Source of the DNA: Candidatus Multivoradales bacterium
Lineage (GTDB): Bacteria > Acidobacteriota > Thermoanaerobaculia > Multivoradales > Multivoraceae
DNA: 64,000 nucleotides
NCBI GenBank assembly: GCA_965223325.1
Contig: CBDCWI010000002.1
Location: forward strand, 3,584,001-3,648,000
Direction: 5' to 3'
The position numbers and the translations under genes are program-made. Below the pieces are notes generated by a model, which saw only the letters and a list, made by a program, of their open reading frames with translations, did no database searches and had not been told where the DNA came from. Shown here one piece after another: positions 60,856-64,000 of the stretch. The stretch's first letter is position 1. The number at the start of each line of letters is the position of its first letter.

Positions 60856-61496
60856 TTTGGCAGCTTCCTCTGTGGGCACTCATCTCCGCGGCGAGTGTCT
60901 TCGGCGAAACTCAGCTCCAACAGCACTTCGACTTCGAAGCGCCCGAGTCGGTGGAGTTCTTTTCTTATGCGGAAGAAAGCGGCCAAGCGGACCAGTTTCC
61001 TGCAGGCGACCTCTTGCATTCGGAGAGTTCTTTCGCCGGCTCAGGCAGTCTCGAGATTCGCAAGCTCGCGAATGGCATCGCGCGAGTTGACGCTCGGAGC
61101 CCGTGCTACGCCGGGCGGCTTGGTGCCGAGGTAAGGATCAACGCGACCCGGCTTGCTACCGTGGACGGGTATCGCTGCGCCGTTGTTCTTCTTGCCTATC
61201 GAAGCGCTGGCTGCAGCGGAGAGCCGGCTATCTCTTTCAGGGATGAGGGTGGCGGCGACGCGTGGAGTGATGTTCGTTTGGTAGAGCCTCTCAGGGGAGG
61301 CAGGCCTCACTATCGGTGGGGCCTTTGGGCGACGGGGACGCCGCCTGGAAGCTGCCTGTTTGACGAGGTTTCCTTCACTGGGCCTCTGCTCCTGCCTGCC
61401 CCAGTTCCCACTGTAGGTCCAGCGGGGCTGTTTGCCCTCGCCTCTCTCCTGGTAGGGATCGGTCTCTGGCGTCTCCGATACCGAGGTGCGTTTTGA
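60834..61496 (+). CDS. Exported Cys-containing protein with IPTL-CTERM-like C-terminal anchor
   Basis: Hydrophobic N-terminus; C-terminus PVPTVGPAG, hydrophobic helix, WRLRYR basic cluster. Confidence 0.65.
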   Translation: MVLGNTLIWQLPLWALISAASVFGETQLQQHFDFEAPESVEFFSYAEESGQADQFPAGDLLHSESSFAGSGSLEIRKLANGIARVDARSPCYAGRLGAEVRINATRLATVDGYRCAVVLLAYRSAGCSGEPAISFRDEGGGDAWSDVRLVEPLRGGRPHYRWGLWATGTPPGSCLFDEVSFTGPLLLPAPVPTVGPAGLFALASLLVGIGLWRLRYRGAF

Positions 61497-61539
61497 TCAC
61501 CCTACACTTCGCTCTGTCGAACGCTGTGTTGGTCAGGAC

Positions 61540-61996
61540 GGTGACCGGGTTGGTGAGCTGGGAGCCCGGCCGGCGTCTGTGGGACTGACGACGATCGTCC
61601 AGGTGGACGAACTCGATGTTTGGGCGCTCGGATCGGTTGGTTGCGAGGAAGCCCAAGGCGTTGAGGTGGAGGCCGCCTTACTCTACGGCCAGAACTCTTG
61701 GGCTTCGCCCACCTCTAGCCACGAGAGCTGTTCTTCGAGGCGCATGCCGGAGACTTCACTCATGGTCTCCATCGTGCGGCCCTTGCCCGTGGTGTAGAAG
61801 GCGTGGATGATTCTCTGGTGCGGAAGGCGACGCGGCGGCCGTCGCCTGGCGGCGCAGAGAGCTTCCGCTGGCACGAGGTGGTCGGGGCTGGGGTCCGCGA
61901 GGTCTCTGAAATCGGTGACTTCCAGGCCCATGGGCGTAGGAGGGCGAGGCCCATCTGGGGGCAACCGCTCCGGGCGAAACCGTTAGGTGCGGGCAC
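61540..61996 (-). pseudogene. Possible degraded gene fragment
   Basis: Protein-like stretches in shifting minus-strand frames (GDGRRVAFRT, TolB/PD40-like; GFLATNRSERPNIEFVHLD) interrupted by stops, adjacent to the IS end. Confidence 0.2.
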
Positions 61997-62047
61997 GGCG
62001 GCGGTGTCGTCGCGAACGGTCTGACGTGTAGCTGGAGTCTGGAGGGC

Positions 62048-62660
62048 CGAGCCTGCCCAGTTTCAGTGGACAGTTGGTTTAGCCACGGTCGTGGCATTTG
62101 TATCTGACTTCTTCATCTCTGGGACCAGCGGTAGCCGAGTTGCTCGACGCGGCCGAGTTGCTCGTTCTCGAAGCGGACCGGACTGATGTTTCCAACGTGC
62201 GAATGGCGACGGCGACGATTGTAGAAGACCTCGATGTAGTCGAAGACAACTGCGTGAGCCTGGCTCCGGCTCGCGAAGATGTCGACGCCAATCTCGGTCT
62301 TCAATGTGTCGAAGAGACTCTCGACCACAGCATGATCCCAGCAGTCTCCTCGGCGACTCATACTCTGCGTCATGCCGAGCTCCTCGAGCCGGTTCCGGTA
62401 CGCCTTACTGCAGTATTGGGATCCATGATCGGAGTGATGGAGAATGCCCTGCACCGGATCTCGAAGATCGACGGCACGATCGAGTGCGCGAAGAACGAGC
62501 TCCTGCTCGAGACTGTCCGGGAGCGCCCACCCGATCACCCGGCGCGACCACAGATCCATCACCACGGCCAGGTACGACCAGCTTTCTCGAGTTCTCAGGT
62601 ACGTGATGTCGGCGCACCACACCTGGTCGACCTCATCGACAGTGAAGCGCCCCAGGGCGT
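62048..62660 (-). mobile_element. IS3-family remnant: OrfB integrase core (ORF 62113..62622) plus right inverted repeat
   Basis: DDE motifs WCADITY, VMDLWSRRVIGW, HHSDHGSQY, SRRGDCWDHAVVES, YNRRRRHS; IS3-like end CGAGCCTGCCCAGTTTCAGTGGACA at 62048-62072; orfA and left end missing. Confidence 0.9.
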
Positions 62661-62671
62661 TGTTCTATGCC

Positions 62672-64000
62672 TCAGCTCAGCTTGCTCCAGGTCTCCTTGA
62701 CGGCTTCGGGGGTGAAGCCGTAGCTCTCTGCCAGGTCGGAGGCGGGGGCTGAGGCGCCGAAGCCGTCGATGGCCTGGATGGCGCCGGTTGGGCCGGTGTA
62801 GCGGTCCCAGCCTAGGGGGCAGGCTGCTTCGATGGCTAGGCGACGGGTTAGTTGGGGCGGTAGGACCTGGTCTCGGTAGGCCTGGTCCTGATCTTCGAAG
62901 AGTTCCCAGGACGGCATGCTTACTACGCGTACAGCTTCGCCTTCGGTGGCCAGCTGTTGGGCGGTGCTGATGGCTAGGGCTACCTCTGAACCGGTGGCCA
63001 GGAGAATGCCCGTTGGTTCGCTCTCGGGCTCGTGAGCGATCCAGGCGCCGCGGGCTACACCGGCATGGACCTCTGCGGCGGGTGCGCTGAGGGTTGGCAG
63101 GCCCTGGCGGGTCAACGCGATGGCGGTGGGGCCGCTGGTGCGCTCTAGTGCGACTTTCCAGGCGCCGGCGGTTTCTGTGGCGTCTGCTGGCCGGAGCACG
63201 ACCAGGTTGGGTATCGCGCGCAGGGCTGCGAGGGCGGCGATCGGTTGGTGGGTGGGACCGTCTTCGCCGAGGAAGATGGAGTCGTGGGTGAACACCCAGG
63301 TGACGGGGACGCCCATCAAGGCCGAAAGGCGAAGCGCTGGGCGTAGGTAGTCGGCGAAGATCAGGAAGGTGCCGCCGAAGGGGCGGATGAGTCCCGAGAG
63401 GGCCATGCCGTTCATGGCTGCCCCCATGGCGTGTTCGCGGATGCCCCAACGGAAGTTGCGCGCTGGTTGGCCGGCCTTGTAGTCGCCTGAACCCGGCAGG
63501 TAGGTGTTGTTCGAACCAGTGAGATCGGCCGAACCGCCGATCAGCTCGGGGAGGGGCTCTTCGAGTGCCGCTAGAACCGCACCGGATGATTTGCGGGAGG
63601 CGAGCTTCTCGCCGGCTGCTACCTCTGGGAGTGCTTCGTGCCATTTCTCAGGCAGCGTTCCAGCGGCACGACGCTCGAGCTCGGCGGCGCGCTCTGGTTC
63701 GGCGGCGGCCCATTGCTCCTTATGGGCCTGCCACTCGTTGTGCGCTTGCCGGCCGCGCTCGGCCGCCTTGCGAAAGGCCTCACGTGATTCGGTTGGCACC
63801 CGAAAGGGTGGCTCGGTGGGCCAGCCGAGGCGCGTTTTCGTGAGTTCGACTTCTTCGGTGCCGAGCGGTGCGCCGTGCGACTTCGAGCTGTCGGCTTTGT
63901 TGGGGCTGCCGTAGCCGATGATCGTGCGCACTTTGATCAGCGACGGGCGCTCGGTTTCAGAGCAGGCGGCGGCATAGGCGCGGTGGAGCGCTTCGAGGTC
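62672..64000 (-). CDS. tkt: Transketolase, 5' end outside window
   Basis: HGAPLG, GGSADLTGSN, GIREHAM, THDSIFLGEDGPTHQP, LTRQ, ATGSEV, FGASAP. Confidence 0.96.
   Translation of the reverse strand, partial: DLEALHRAYAAACSETERPSLIKVRTIIGYGSPNKADSSKSHGAPLGTEEVELTKTRLGWPTEPPFRVPTESREAFRKAAERGRQAHNEWQAHKEQWAAAEPERAAELERRAAGTLPEKWHEALPEVAAGEKLASRKSSGAVLAALEEPLPELIGGSADLTGSNNTYLPGSGDYKAGQPARNFRWGIREHAMGAAMNGMALSGLIRPFGGTFLIFADYLRPALRLSALMGVPVTWVFTHDSIFLGEDGPTHQPIAALAALRAIPNLVVLRPADATETAGAWKVALERTSGPTAIALTRQGLPTLSAPAAEVHAGVARGAWIAHEPESEPTGILLATGSEVALAISTAQQLATEGEAVRVVSMPSWELFEDQDQAYRDQVLPPQLTRRLAIEAACPLGWDRYTGPTGAIQAIDGFGASAPASDLAESYGFTPEAVKETWSKLS

Noticed and set aside
62098-62700. 200-aa plus-strand ORF
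   Set aside because: It is the typical antisense frame of IS3 orfB.

Overview
High-GC bacterial chromosome segment, most likely Acidobacteriota, possibly Thermoanaerobaculia. This is inferred from the Hfq-like paralogue, the ARRLARLLVSEIKLYN C-terminal domain and the FxDxFE tails, and was not verified by a search. The window is mostly housekeeping: fadD (partial), a DivIVA-domain gene, yggS, a C4 zinc-ribbon protein and tRNA(CAT); rpsU-mutS2-dnaG-rpoD-tRNA-Asn; asnB plus GT4; pckA-acs; a sarcosine-oxidase-like operon; a secreted purple acid phosphatase plus TPR protein; MFS and AI-2E transporters; Rrf2-sufBCDSUT; purD-ricT-hfq-pdxA; a glycosyltransferase cluster; serS, a group II PLP decarboxylase and tRNA-Ser; and tkt (partial). 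The most notable observations are: (1) two unrelated exported enzymes 32 kb apart share an identically spaced C-terminal motif LFxDDFE[ST]x5W[ST]x3P, a candidate sorting or anchoring tag, and one sits next to an IPTL-CTERM-like protein; (2) two TA-flanked miniature inverted-repeat elements, one inserted in the sufT stop codon and seeding a 266-bp tandem array that repeats only its right end; (3) four 98-100 bp tandem repeats behind tRNA-Ser that copy the tRNA 3' end and carry its antisense; (4) a sarcosine-oxidase-like alpha chain with Fe-S motifs and an apparently fused gamma-like domain; (5) a small islet after tRNA-Ser with a frameshifted atypical subtilase and an IS3 remnant. No CRISPR array, rRNA or integrase was seen.
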